Shown piece by piece: positions 8,836 through 18,345 of a DNA stretch of 50,065 nucleotides (the first letter of the stretch is position 1; each line of letters opens with the position of its first letter). The position numbers were made by a program, and so were the translations under genes. The notes under the pieces are model-generated. The model saw only the letters and a list, made by a program, of their open reading frames with translations. It was not told the origin of the DNA and made no database searches. Source of the DNA: Bacilli bacterium (GTDB lineage Bacteria; Bacillota_I; Bacilli_A; Izemoplasmatales; Hujiaoplasmataceae); NCBI GenBank assembly GCA_018400565.1, contig JAGYMP010000194.1, positions 1-50,065 on the forward strand. The letters run 5' to 3'.

Positions 8836-9714
8836 GATGTCTTCGGCAATGGCTTCAGCGATGGCATCCGCTGACATCTCCCCGGCATCAAACCATATCG
8901 GATCCATTTTATTTCTAAACCAGGTAAGTTGTCTTTTTGCGAAATGCCTGGAATGTTTTTTAATCGCCTCAACAGCGTCCTCCAGATCTTTTTTGCCTTC
9001 AAAATAGGGGAAAAATTCCTTGTATCCGATTGCCTGCATGCTGCGAGCATCAGGACAGCGTTCATAAAACTTCCGTGCTTCGTCGACGAGTCCTTTGACA
9101 ATCATCTGATCAACACGTTTGTTGATGCGTTCATAGAGCTCTTTGCGCTCCATCGTGAGTGCATATATCTTTGCATCGTCATAATAAAGGTTTTTCCCGC
9201 GTTTCAGTTGTTTTTTATCCCTTGCATCCGCAACTTCAAGACTCCGTTTCAATCTTTTTTTGTCATTCGGATGGGTTTTTTGGGCGAGCGTTTTGTTTTT
9301 ACGTTCAAGAAGCATCGCCATTTGTTCGGCGGTCATGTCACGGAAACGGCCCTTGTCTCGTTGCTTGCCAACGAAAACATAGTCATAGAGAACGGATTGC
9401 ACATATAGACCCGATCCGCCCACGATTAATGGATATACATCCTTATCGCGCAATGCATGGATTTTTTTTCGAACGATGCGTTGATAATCCGCCACCGAAA
9501 AAGGACATTCCGGTTCAATGATATCAAGCAAATGGTGTGGAATGTCTCGTTGTTCCTTGATGGTTAATTTGGCGGTTCCGATATTCATGCCTTCATAAAA
9601 CTGGAAGGCATCACCGCTGATGATCTCCGCACCGATTTTTTTCGCCAATACTAGCGAAACTTCAGATTTTCCGACGGCCGTCGGACCGACGATGGCAATT
9701 ACATTTTTCATCAT
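8818..9714 (-). CDS. miaA: tRNA dimethylallyltransferase
   Basis: IAIVGPTAVGKSEVSL P-loop and overall MiaA pattern. 4-nt ATGA overlap with the mutL stop. Confidence 0.95.
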   Translation of the reverse strand: MMKNVIAIVGPTAVGKSEVSLVLAKKIGAEIISGDAFQFYEGMNIGTAKLTIKEQRDIPHHLLDIIEPECPFSVADYQRIVRKKIHALRDKDVYPLIVGGSGLYVQSVLYDYVFVGKQRDKGRFRDMTAEQMAMLLERKNKTLAQKTHPNDKKRLKRSLEVADARDKKQLKRGKNLYYDDAKIYALTMERKELYERINKRVDQMIVKGLVDEARKFYERCPDARSMQAIGYKEFFPYFEGKKDLEDAVEAIKKHSRHFAKRQLTWFRNKMDPIWFDAGEMSADAIAEAIAEDIKKSDA

Positions 9715-11555
9715 ATCACCCGTTTAAACCATTTTTCAATATCATGAATCGTAAGCTCAACCATAATCGGTCGGCCGTGCGGACATGTGTAAGGACGTTC
9801 GCATGCGGTCAAATCCGTGATAAGACGCTGGGCTTCTGTTTTGTTCACATATGCATTCGCTTTGAGCGAATGTTTACAGCTCAAGAGTTTTGCGAGATCA
9901 TTGCGGATGGCTTTGGCATCCAAGTCATCACCTTCGATGGCTGTTTCGATGATCGCTTCGGTATATGTGAGTTCAAATCCCGAAGGGAACCACACGGGCA
10001 CTTCCTTGAGCAAAAGGCCTTCCTCATCCTCTTCGATTGAAATTCCGAATGCACGGATAGCATCAAGCTCATCTCTCACGAGGGTTAACCGTTCATTGGA
10101 CACATCGATGCGCAACGGCAACAACAATTGTTTCTGTGCGGTCGAAGGCTCTCCCATGCGTTTCAAATACCGTTCATAGCGGATACGTTCCGCAGCCGCG
10201 TGTTGATCGAGGAGATAAAGGGCTTGATCGCTCTGGAACAATAAATACGTTCCCGTGAATTGCCCGATATACTCCATGTCCATCCAATCGGCGTCTTTTT
10301 TTTCGTTACCGTGTCCGATATGTTGTCGGATGTTATTGTTGTCTCCGAAAACGGGTTTTTGAGTTTCACCGAATTCTTGCGGTGTTTCGTTTATGGTGTT
10401 TGAAGCGTGATCTTCACTGGACTTGTTTTTTTCCTTTGACTCTTCAAACGCCTTTTGGTTATCCGCCGGATTTGTCTGTTTTGTTTCAACAGGATCACGA
10501 TCATGTGCAAAAGAGATTTTTTCCTGGTGGGATGTTCGTTTATGTTTGGGTTTTCCGGGCTGGATGATCTTCTCGTTTTTGAGTTGGTCGCGCAATGTCG
10601 AGCGGACCAGTGTCTCAAGCGCTTTTTGTTCGGAAAATTTGATTTCCTGTTTCGACGGATGGATATTCACATCAATCAAAATCGGGTCCGTTTCTATCGC
10701 AAGGTAAACGATCGGATAACGATTGAGAGGGATTAGTTGCCGGTATGCTTCCCGCACGGCTTTGGTTAAGCCGGTGTTTCTGATCTGACGGTTGTTGACG
10801 ATAATGGTGATGTATGAAGCATTGCTACGATTTTGCACCGGATTGGCGTAAAAACCGTTGATGACATAATCACGGTTTTTTCCGCGGAAAGATTTCATGC
10901 TTTTTGCAGTGTCTGTCCCGTAGATTTTCGCAAGCACATCAATCTGGTTTTGACCGGCGGACGTCTTAAACAAACGTTTGCCGTCATTGGTGAGACCGAA
11001 GGCGATGTCGGGATGGGACAACGCAAACCGATTGATCACCTGTTGCACTTTTGCCAGCTCGCGCTGCGGTGACTTCAGGTATTTATACCGTGCGGGTGTG
11101 CGGTAAAACAAACGGTCGACGATGATCATTGTGCCCTTTTTCATGGTGCCGGATGATTTTTCTTTTTGTTTGCTGTTTTCGATCATCAGACGGATACCGG
11201 CGTCGCCGTTTACCGATGTTTCCAAGGTAACGCGTGCGACAGCGGCAATCGATGGCAATGCTTCGCCGCGAAAACCAAGCGAATGGATATGGAACAAATC
11301 ATATTCATTTTGGATTTTGGACGTCGCATGGCGTTCGAAGGCGCGTTGTGCGTCTTCTTCATCCATGCCCTCACCGTCGTCGGTGACGCGTATTTTCTTC
11401 ATGCCGGATTCCTCTAAATCAACATCGATGTGCGTGGCATTGGCATCCACGGCATTTTCGACAAGTTCTTTGACGACGTTGGCGATGTTTTCGACGACCT
11501 CGCCTGCGGCAATCATGTTTGCGATTCTTTCATCAAGTTTGATGATTTTGCCCAT
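9711..11555 (-). CDS. mutL: DNA mismatch repair protein MutL
   Basis: N-terminal GHKL ATPase (IAAGEVVENIANVVKELVENAVDANAT). C-terminal endonuclease-type region (DQHAAAERIRYE). Confidence 0.95.
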   Translation of the reverse strand: MGKIIKLDERIANMIAAGEVVENIANVVKELVENAVDANATHIDVDLEESGMKKIRVTDDGEGMDEEDAQRAFERHATSKIQNEYDLFHIHSLGFRGEALPSIAAVARVTLETSVNGDAGIRLMIENSKQKEKSSGTMKKGTMIIVDRLFYRTPARYKYLKSPQRELAKVQQVINRFALSHPDIAFGLTNDGKRLFKTSAGQNQIDVLAKIYGTDTAKSMKSFRGKNRDYVINGFYANPVQNRSNASYITIIVNNRQIRNTGLTKAVREAYRQLIPLNRYPIVYLAIETDPILIDVNIHPSKQEIKFSEQKALETLVRSTLRDQLKNEKIIQPGKPKHKRTSHQEKISFAHDRDPVETKQTNPADNQKAFEESKEKNKSSEDHASNTINETPQEFGETQKPVFGDNNNIRQHIGHGNEKKDADWMDMEYIGQFTGTYLLFQSDQALYLLDQHAAAERIRYERYLKRMGEPSTAQKQLLLPLRIDVSNERLTLVRDELDAIRAFGISIEEDEEGLLLKEVPVWFPSGFELTYTEAIIETAIEGDDLDAKAIRNDLAKLLSCKHSLKANAYVNKTEAQRLITDLTACERPYTCPHGRPIMVELTIHDIEKWFKRVI

Positions 11556-11566
11556 GGGCCGTCACC

Positions 11567-14173
11567 TCATTTCTGACCCTTTGTTTTATTGTTTAATTCC
11601 TGGATCACATCCGCCAGGATGTTCATGGCTTTAAGCGGTGTGATCGATTCAATGTCGATGTCCTCAAGTTGACGGACAATCGGTTCGTAGTCGGCTTCTT
11701 GTTCTTCCAGCGTCAATGCTTCTTCGTAATTGAACAGATCAACGGTCTGTGGTTTGATGACATTGTAACCGTGGTTTTTTTCAAGTTCGCCCAAAATATC
11801 ATTGGCCCGTCTTGTCAGTACTTTCGGAAGTTTGGCCAGCTTCGCCACATGAATGCCATACGATCTGTCGGTCGGGCCGGCTTCAACTTTGTGCATGAAC
11901 CGAATCGTTCCCTGTTCTTCTCGGGCAATGACATGCACATTTTTCAAACGTTTCAACTCATCCTCGAGATAGGTAAGCTCATGATAATGGGTCGAAAACA
12001 ACGTTTTGGCCTTTTTTTTATGGTGGACATATTCAATGATGGCCTGAGCAAGCGCCATTCCGTCGTAAGTTGCTGTGCCACGGCCAATCTCATCTAAAAT
12101 GATTAAACTGTCATCGGTTGCATTTTCCAAGGCATAACCGACTTCCAGCATCTCGACCATGAAAGTGGATTTACCCGTCGATAAATCATCGGTTGCACCG
12201 ATTCTGGTGAAAATCTGATCGAAAATCGGAACCGATGCTTTTTTAGCAGGTACGAAACAGCCCATTTGAGCCATGATGACAGACAATGCCGTCTGTCGCA
12301 TATAGGTCGATTTACCTGACATGTTGGGACCGGTGATCAACAAAATCTGTGTGTCGTTGTCCATGAGTGTGTCATTGGCGACAAAACGTTCGTCTTCCAA
12401 CATGGTTTCCACGACTGCGTGGCGGCCGTCCTTGATATCGATTATCTTTTCATCGTTGATGGTGGGTTTTACATAGTCGTTTTCCATTGACACGGCGGAA
12501 AACGCTCGCAACATGTCGACTTCGCTCAAAACCCGCGCGAGGTTCTGAAGATCGGTGATATGTGATTTGATTTCATCACGGATCTCGATAAACAAGGCGT
12601 ATTCCAAATCGATGGCATCTTCCTCGGAGCCGATGATCATCGCTTCTTTTTCTTTCAGTTCGGTTGTGATGTAACGTTCTGAATTGGTCAGGGTCTGCTT
12701 GCGTTCGTAACCGAATTCATCCTTGACCAAATCCATCTGGCCTTTGGTCACCTCAATATAATAACCGAAAACACGGTTTTGTCCGATTTTTAATTTGGAG
12801 ATGCCGGTGCGTTTGCGTTCTTTTTGTTCAAAACGTTTCAGCCATTCCTTGCCGTTTTTCGCCATGTCACGCAATTCATCGAGACGTTCGGAATACCCGT
12901 CTTTGATGATGCCGCCTTCTTTGATTGTCATCGGCGGATTATCGACGATGACTTTCTCAATCAATGCATGGACATCCGTGAAATCGGCAACATGTCCGAA
13001 TTGATTCAATAAATAAGGGTTTCCGAGGGAGTCGATGATCGTTCTCACGTTCGGGACGACCGAAAGCGACCTTGCGAGATTGACTAAATCCTTTCCGTTC
13101 GCATTGCCAAACGATATGCGTCCGATGATGCGTTCCAAATCATAAACGCTCTTTAGAAAATCCGCTAATTCCTCGGATGATATGAAATCGTTGTTTAATG
13201 CCATAACGGCCGAATAACGGTTGTCAATATGTTCTTTGTCAACGAGCGGCCGCAGAATCATCTGTTTCAGATATCTGGAGCCCATGGCAGTTTTGCATTC
13301 ATCAAGCAACCAAAACAATGATCCGCGCCTGCTCTGTGTGCGGACCGTTTCGGTGAGTTCCAGATTACGGATGGAATGGTTGTCGATTTTCAGATAAGAT
13401 GAGGCTTCAAACACTTCGACTTTCTGTAAATGCAGCAATTCTTGTTTTTGTGTGTCAATCAGGTAATTGATCAACCGCCCGAATGCCGTCAGCGTCTCTT
13501 TGTCATAAATATCGCTGACAAGATTTTTATACGTTTGTGGAATCGACGTTTCATCGGAAAAAGATACGACGAGACCGTGTTGTTTCGTGTATGCCTTTAA
13601 TTTTGTTTTGTTGATGTCGCTCGGGACGACAAGTTCCTTGGCGTCAAGGTTAAACACTTCGTTCATCAGAAGTTCCATGTTCTTTGGTGTGGAAACGATG
13701 AAATTCTGTCCGGTTGACAAGTCGGAGTAAGCAAGATAATAGGCCTTGCGGCCTTCCGAGAGGGATGCGATGAAATTGTTTGATTTATCATCGATCGTGC
13801 CCTCTTCGGTCAGTGTGCCGGGCGTGATCAGACGCACGACCTCGCGCTTAACGAGTTTCTTCGATGTATTGGCGTCTTCGGTCTGTTCACAGATGGCGAT
13901 TTTATATCCTTTGTTAATCAGTTTCTCGATATACATATTTGCCGAATGATAAGGGACACCGCACATCGGCACGCGCTCTTTTTGACCGGCGTCCCTGCCG
14001 GTCAGAACAATTTCTAATTCTTTGGATGCGATGTGTGCGTCCTGGAAAAACATCTCGTAAAAATCACCAAGTCTAAAAAAGACTATATAATCGCTATAGT
14101 CTTTTTTGATTTGCAGATATTGTTGCATCATCGGAGTATACTTCTCGGGGTCTATGTCGTTCAAATGTATCAC
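11567..14173 (-). CDS. mutS: DNA mismatch repair protein MutS
   Basis: TPMMQQYLQIKKDY start. Walker A ITGPNMSGKST. STHYHEL motif. The track start is GTG; a TTG at 14164 is also possible. Confidence 0.95.
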   Translation of the reverse strand: MIHLNDIDPEKYTPMMQQYLQIKKDYSDYIVFFRLGDFYEMFFQDAHIASKELEIVLTGRDAGQKERVPMCGVPYHSANMYIEKLINKGYKIAICEQTEDANTSKKLVKREVVRLITPGTLTEEGTIDDKSNNFIASLSEGRKAYYLAYSDLSTGQNFIVSTPKNMELLMNEVFNLDAKELVVPSDINKTKLKAYTKQHGLVVSFSDETSIPQTYKNLVSDIYDKETLTAFGRLINYLIDTQKQELLHLQKVEVFEASSYLKIDNHSIRNLELTETVRTQSRRGSLFWLLDECKTAMGSRYLKQMILRPLVDKEHIDNRYSAVMALNNDFISSEELADFLKSVYDLERIIGRISFGNANGKDLVNLARSLSVVPNVRTIIDSLGNPYLLNQFGHVADFTDVHALIEKVIVDNPPMTIKEGGIIKDGYSERLDELRDMAKNGKEWLKRFEQKERKRTGISKLKIGQNRVFGYYIEVTKGQMDLVKDEFGYERKQTLTNSERYITTELKEKEAMIIGSEEDAIDLEYALFIEIRDEIKSHITDLQNLARVLSEVDMLRAFSAVSMENDYVKPTINDEKIIDIKDGRHAVVETMLEDERFVANDTLMDNDTQILLITGPNMSGKSTYMRQTALSVIMAQMGCFVPAKKASVPIFDQIFTRIGATDDLSTGKSTFMVEMLEVGYALENATDDSLIILDEIGRGTATYDGMALAQAIIEYVHHKKKAKTLFSTHYHELTYLEDELKRLKNVHVIAREEQGTIRFMHKVEAGPTDRSYGIHVAKLAKLPKVLTRRANDILGELEKNHGYNVIKPQTVDLFNYEEALTLEEQEADYEPIVRQLEDIDIESITPLKAMNILADVIQELNNKTKGQK

Positions 14174-14185
14174 CTTGTCTATGAT

Positions 14186-15610
14186 TTATTCCCAAAACAC
14201 CGGAATGCCGAAGGGAAGGTTTCCGTAATCAATGTAATTGTAATACAGAAGTCCATATCCGACGGCCACGACAATCAAAACGATCACAACGATCAAAATG
14301 CTGACAAGAATGTGTTTGCGGCGTTTTTTATGATTGTATTCGCGGATGATCTCGTCAATTTTCTCATCGAGCGCTGCTCGCATCTCGTCGGAATCGGTCA
14401 TTTCCGTCTCTTCCTCTTCTTGGGGTGGTTTTTCTTTGTGGACAGGTTTACTCGGAGCTTCCTCGGATACGCTCGCCGCTTGTTCAAGCGTGTCTTTTTC
14501 CGCTTTATCCCCGGGTTTCTCTTCTATCTTTTCCTCATGGTCGGCAATATCATCTGCAGAGGGCTCTTGTTCGGTGATCTTTTCTTCGGGAGATTCCTCG
14601 TCTTCGATTTCAGCCTCGGTCTCTTCAGCCATGGATTCAATGGGAATCTCATCTTCCCCGGTGTCATCTGCGGGTTGTGGTGTAACGATAACGTCTTCAT
14701 TCTCATCTGCTTCAGCTGATTCTTTCTCTGATGTCATGGATGACTCAGATACCTCGGTTTCGGAAGATGGTCCCTCATCCCATGGGACTTGTCTTGTTCT
14801 TAGCAAGGGGACATCGTAATTATGTGTGTCTTCCCGGGATTCTTTATCATATAATTCAAGCCGGAATGAAAGGTATTCGACCATGTCGGCTTTTTTGAGA
14901 TCCGTTGAGATTTTAAAGCCTTTTTCCTTGGCATACATCTCGATGTCAAGAACGGACTTTTTCTCAAGCAATTCGCGCTCTTCTTCCGTGAGTCGCAATT
15001 TGGCCGCAAGCATGGCAACCAATTCTTTTTTATTGATGCGTCTCGGAATCTTCACGTCGTACTTTTCACCCAAGCCGCGCAATTCGCCCAATGTGCATGC
15101 ATCCACGAGTGTTTCTTTCATCTCTGATTGCGGGATGCCGTCGAGAAAACCGGGTACTTGGTAAAACACCGGACGCAATGCCTCATATAATGTGTCATAT
15201 GTGAGATTGACGCCTTCGGTTTCGGTTTTGTCGCGGAGTTGTTTCAGTTTGTCAAAAAACAGCGATGTCAATTCATACATATCCCTGTTCACGAACAACA
15301 CATCGAACAGAAGCTCTTTGTACCGGAATGAATCAAAATCAAGATCCTGTTCATCGATCAAATTCTCATAAAGAAAAATCGGAAAATCCCGGAACTTCCT
15401 GAGTCGGTATTTCAACTCATCGGAATACGCTGCGTAGCGCATCTCTTCAAAAACCTCAGGATAAATTGTCTCACGCAACACAAATCGGTGCACATGTAAG
15501 GGAATCTTGATGTCGAAACGGCCGAAAAATTCGCGTAAATCATCAACGCGAATATGTGTCAGTGATTTGGCAAATTCAAAAAAATCATCATTCGTACGCA
15601 AATCGCTCAT
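14186..15610 (-). CDS. tail-anchored, highly acidic protein with HeH/SAP (Rho-N-like) motifs; function unknown
   Basis: 474 aa with a GAGAGGAG SD. N-terminal ~260-aa helical domain holds the motifs LGELRGLGEKYDVKIPRRINKKELVAMLAAKL and LDIEMYAKEKGFKISTDLKKADMVEYLSFRL. A ~150-aa Glu/Asp/Ser-rich linker follows. One C-terminal TM (HILVSILIVVIVLIVVAVGYGLLYY). Confidence 0.6.
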   Translation of the reverse strand: MSDLRTNDDFFEFAKSLTHIRVDDLREFFGRFDIKIPLHVHRFVLRETIYPEVFEEMRYAAYSDELKYRLRKFRDFPIFLYENLIDEQDLDFDSFRYKELLFDVLFVNRDMYELTSLFFDKLKQLRDKTETEGVNLTYDTLYEALRPVFYQVPGFLDGIPQSEMKETLVDACTLGELRGLGEKYDVKIPRRINKKELVAMLAAKLRLTEEERELLEKKSVLDIEMYAKEKGFKISTDLKKADMVEYLSFRLELYDKESREDTHNYDVPLLRTRQVPWDEGPSSETEVSESSMTSEKESAEADENEDVIVTPQPADDTGEDEIPIESMAEETEAEIEDEESPEEKITEQEPSADDIADHEEKIEEKPGDKAEKDTLEQAASVSEEAPSKPVHKEKPPQEEEETEMTDSDEMRAALDEKIDEIIREYNHKKRRKHILVSILIVVIVLIVVAVGYGLLYYNYIDYGNLPFGIPVFWE

Positions 15611-15750
15611 GATTAAACTCCTCTCAAATATTATTCTCCATCCAATTTAATACTACTACATGAAGAAATAATAATCAATAGATTGAGAGGATATTTTAGC
15701 GATTTCCACAAAATATCAATCACCCTCTGCGATGATTCATTATGTGTCTT

Positions 15751-15778
15751 TTGAAAAAAATCACCGGTCAGGGTGACT
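15751..15778 (-). terminator. weak intrinsic terminator after ymcA
   Basis: Minus strand GTCACC-CTGACC-GGTGAT (one G-U pair) followed by T7. Overlaps the last codons. Confidence 0.45.
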
Positions 15779-16111
15779 TTTATCATCAAGAGATGCATTG
15801 ATGACATCTTGGATGGTTTGTGCTTTTTCATTGATTTTGTCCAATGCGTCAAGATATTCACCGACGACCGGATCACTTCTCAATAAAGCAAATGTATGCT
15901 CATATGCCTTCTGCAAGGTCATAATCTTCTTGTCATCGCCGTGTGCACGTGCACGAATTAATTTTTTCTGTGTTTTGAGCAAACCGTCCATTTTTTCAAA
16001 ATAAGCGGGGTTATCTTCGATTTTACGTTTCAGCCGTCTGGCGGTTTTGACTTCCGGCAGTTCCTCAAACTCATTCAATAAGTTATCAATCATTTGCTTC
16101 ATCAGCCACAC
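15761..16111 (-). CDS. ymcA: YlbF/YmcA-family protein (RicA-like)
   Basis: ~115-aa all-helical protein immediately downstream of miaB, as ymcA is in B. subtilis. YlbF/YmcA-like pattern (...QKKLIRARAHGD...PVVGEYLDALDKINE). Start could be 16102 or 16093. Overlaps the miaB 3' end. Confidence 0.65.
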   Translation of the reverse strand: MWLMKQMIDNLLNEFEELPEVKTARRLKRKIEDNPAYFEKMDGLLKTQKKLIRARAHGDDKKIMTLQKAYEHTFALLRSDPVVGEYLDALDKINEKAQTIQDVINASLDDKSHPDR

Positions 16112-17522
16112 CGTCCAATGACCATGTTTTTGCTTCTGTTATGTGAACATCGACAATTTGGCCGATGAGTTTCTCATCACCCGTGAAGTTGACACGTTTA
16201 TGGTAGGGTGTGTATCCCGTCAATTTGTCTTTGTTTGTCTTAGAAGGTCCTTCAACCAAAACGCTGACGGTTTCTCCCTCAAAGCGCTTGTTGCCTTTCA
16301 AAGAATCAGCCGCAACAACTTTGTTCAGACGCATCAAACGAAGTTTCTTCTCTTCTCTTGTGACCGTATCGGGATATGTGGCCGCCGGGGTGCCTTCACG
16401 CGGAGAATAAATAAATGTGAACGCTCCTTCAAACCCGACTGTTTCAACCAACTCCATGGTATCCTCGAAATCGGCTTCCGTCTCTCCCGGAAACCCAACG
16501 ATGATGTCCGTTGAAATCGACACACCGGGAATCGATGTTTTTATTTTGCGAACACGGTCGAGATAATGGTGTTTTGTGTATTTCCGGTTCATCCGTTTCA
16601 ACACACGGTCAGAACCGGATTGAACGGGAAGGTGTATATAAGGCATGAGATTGCCGCCTGTCGCCAAAACCTCAATGATGTCATCGGTAAAATCCTTGGG
16701 ATGGCTTGTCGTGAAACGGATCCTGGGTATTGCGGTCTTTGAAAGATCGCGCAATAAATCGGCAAACCCGTAGTCAGTGTCTTTGAAATCAAGGCCATAT
16801 GAGTTGACGTTTTGACCGAGCAGTGTGACTTCTTTGTAGCCGCGATCGATCAGATCCTGAACTTCTTTTTTGATATACTCTGGTTTTCGCGATCGTTCTC
16901 TGCCCCGGGTGTAGGGCACGATGCAGTATGTGCAGAATTCATCGCATCCGTGCATGATATCAACCCATGCTTTAAATCTGCTTTCGCGTGCGGCGGGGAC
17001 CTCTTCGACCAAATTTCCTTCTTTGGACATGACTTCAACCACCTGATCATCGCCATGGAGTTTCCGAGCCAGCAAATCCAAAAAACGATGAAGGTTATGG
17101 GTTCCGAAAACAATGTCAACTTGATCGAATTCCTCTGTCAGGCGTCGTGTCACGTTTTCTTCTTGCGGCATGCAGCCGCCGATGGCAAGAATCATGTCAT
17201 CGTGTTTTCTTTTGAAGCCCTTTAATCGGCCAATTTCGCCGAACACTTTGTTCTCAGCCGTTTTGCGCACGGCACAGGTATTGATGATAACGACGTCAGA
17301 GGTCTCGACTTTTTTCCCTTCCGAGAATCCGGCTTTTTCCAACAGACCACGGAGACGTTCGGTATCCGCTTCATTGGCCTGACATCCATGGGTTTCAATA
17401 AAATATGTTCGCCCGTTTCCTAACGCTTCATAAGCGGGGTTAAAATGATATTCGGTAGTCTCGATCGCATTTTTCGTCCGTTTTCTCGCTTTTTTTAGAT
17501 TTGGTTTGATTTTTTCAGCCAT
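16086..17522 (-). CDS. miaB: tRNA-i6A37 methylthiotransferase MiaB (radical SAM)
   Basis: UPF0004 N-domain Cys (ETHGCQANE, NTCAVR). Radical SAM CDEFCTYC. C-terminal TRAM domain. Confidence 0.95.
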   Translation of the reverse strand: MAEKIKPNLKKARKRTKNAIETTEYHFNPAYEALGNGRTYFIETHGCQANEADTERLRGLLEKAGFSEGKKVETSDVVIINTCAVRKTAENKVFGEIGRLKGFKRKHDDMILAIGGCMPQEENVTRRLTEEFDQVDIVFGTHNLHRFLDLLARKLHGDDQVVEVMSKEGNLVEEVPAARESRFKAWVDIMHGCDEFCTYCIVPYTRGRERSRKPEYIKKEVQDLIDRGYKEVTLLGQNVNSYGLDFKDTDYGFADLLRDLSKTAIPRIRFTTSHPKDFTDDIIEVLATGGNLMPYIHLPVQSGSDRVLKRMNRKYTKHHYLDRVRKIKTSIPGVSISTDIIVGFPGETEADFEDTMELVETVGFEGAFTFIYSPREGTPAATYPDTVTREEKKLRLMRLNKVVAADSLKGNKRFEGETVSVLVEGPSKTNKDKLTGYTPYHKRVNFTGDEKLIGQIVDVHITEAKTWSLDGVADEAND

Positions 17523-17534
17523 GATACTCTCCGT

Positions 17535-18293
17535 TCATTCTTGGTAATTAATCCGTTCAATGGTCTTTTGTTCAAAATCGAGCAAGACTGCATTGAACTG
17601 CAGCAATCCTTCGTTTTCCGGATAGACGCGTTCAGGTACGCCGGTTACAAATTTGCGGATACCCTGTTCGATATTTCCGCCGATGATACTGTGTTTGACA
17701 CCGGTCATTCCGACATCGCTGATATACAGCAAACCCTTGGGAAAGACCGTCTCATCCGCGGTCGGGACATGTGTGTGTGTGCCGATGAGCGCATCGACCC
17801 GTCCGTCGAGATAATTGGCCATCGCGTACTTCTCGCTTGTTGCTTCGGCATGAAAATCGACCAATACGTGATCCGCTTCGTTTTCTTCCAGAATGCGGTC
17901 AATCGTCGTGAAGGGATTATCAACGGGGTCACCCATGAAAATCCGGCCCAACAGGTTGACGAGCAAAAGCGTCTCATCATTCAAACGCAATTCAATCGCT
18001 TCGTTACCGCGAACGTCCTTGCCGTAATTGGCGGGACGGCATACATTTGGTTCGTCAAGAGCGGATTTCTCATAGCGTTTCGAAAACGCATGGTTGCCCA
18101 TCGTAAACCCATGGACCCCTTTTTTCATGAAATCCTTGTATATCGATGTGGTCAGTCCGTTCCCTTCGGCGATGTTTTCGCCGTTGACGATGACGAGATG
18201 GGGACGATGCAGTTTTTTTGCCTCGGTGAAAAAACGGTCAAAAGCTTCCCGTCCTTTTTTCATGTAAACATCACCGACAAACATGATTCGCAT
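17535..18293 (-). CDS. ymdB: YmdB-type metallophosphoesterase (2',3'-cyclic-nucleotide phosphodiesterase family)
   Basis: MRIMFVGDVYMKKGRE...VIVNGENIAEGNGL...GNHAFS, typical YmdB/TIGR00282 motifs. ATG 18293 lies 8 nt from the AAAGGA SD. Downstream of rny, as in B. subtilis. Confidence 0.9.
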   Translation of the reverse strand: MRIMFVGDVYMKKGREAFDRFFTEAKKLHRPHLVIVNGENIAEGNGLTTSIYKDFMKKGVHGFTMGNHAFSKRYEKSALDEPNVCRPANYGKDVRGNEAIELRLNDETLLLVNLLGRIFMGDPVDNPFTTIDRILEENEADHVLVDFHAEATSEKYAMANYLDGRVDALIGTHTHVPTADETVFPKGLLYISDVGMTGVKHSIIGGNIEQGIRKFVTGVPERVYPENEGLLQFNAVLLDFEQKTIERINYQE

Positions 18294-18345
18294 AATCATG
18301 ATCCTTTCAAAAACCGAGCCTTCCAAAAAAGGAAGGCTTGGTGTA

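Noticed and set aside
14033-14819. 228-aa and 161-aa plus-strand ORFs antisense to the mutS start and to the acidic protein gene
   Set aside because: They are low-complexity Ser/Phe/Leu-rich translations, produced by reading the GAA/GAT-rich acidic linker backwards. No SD is present.
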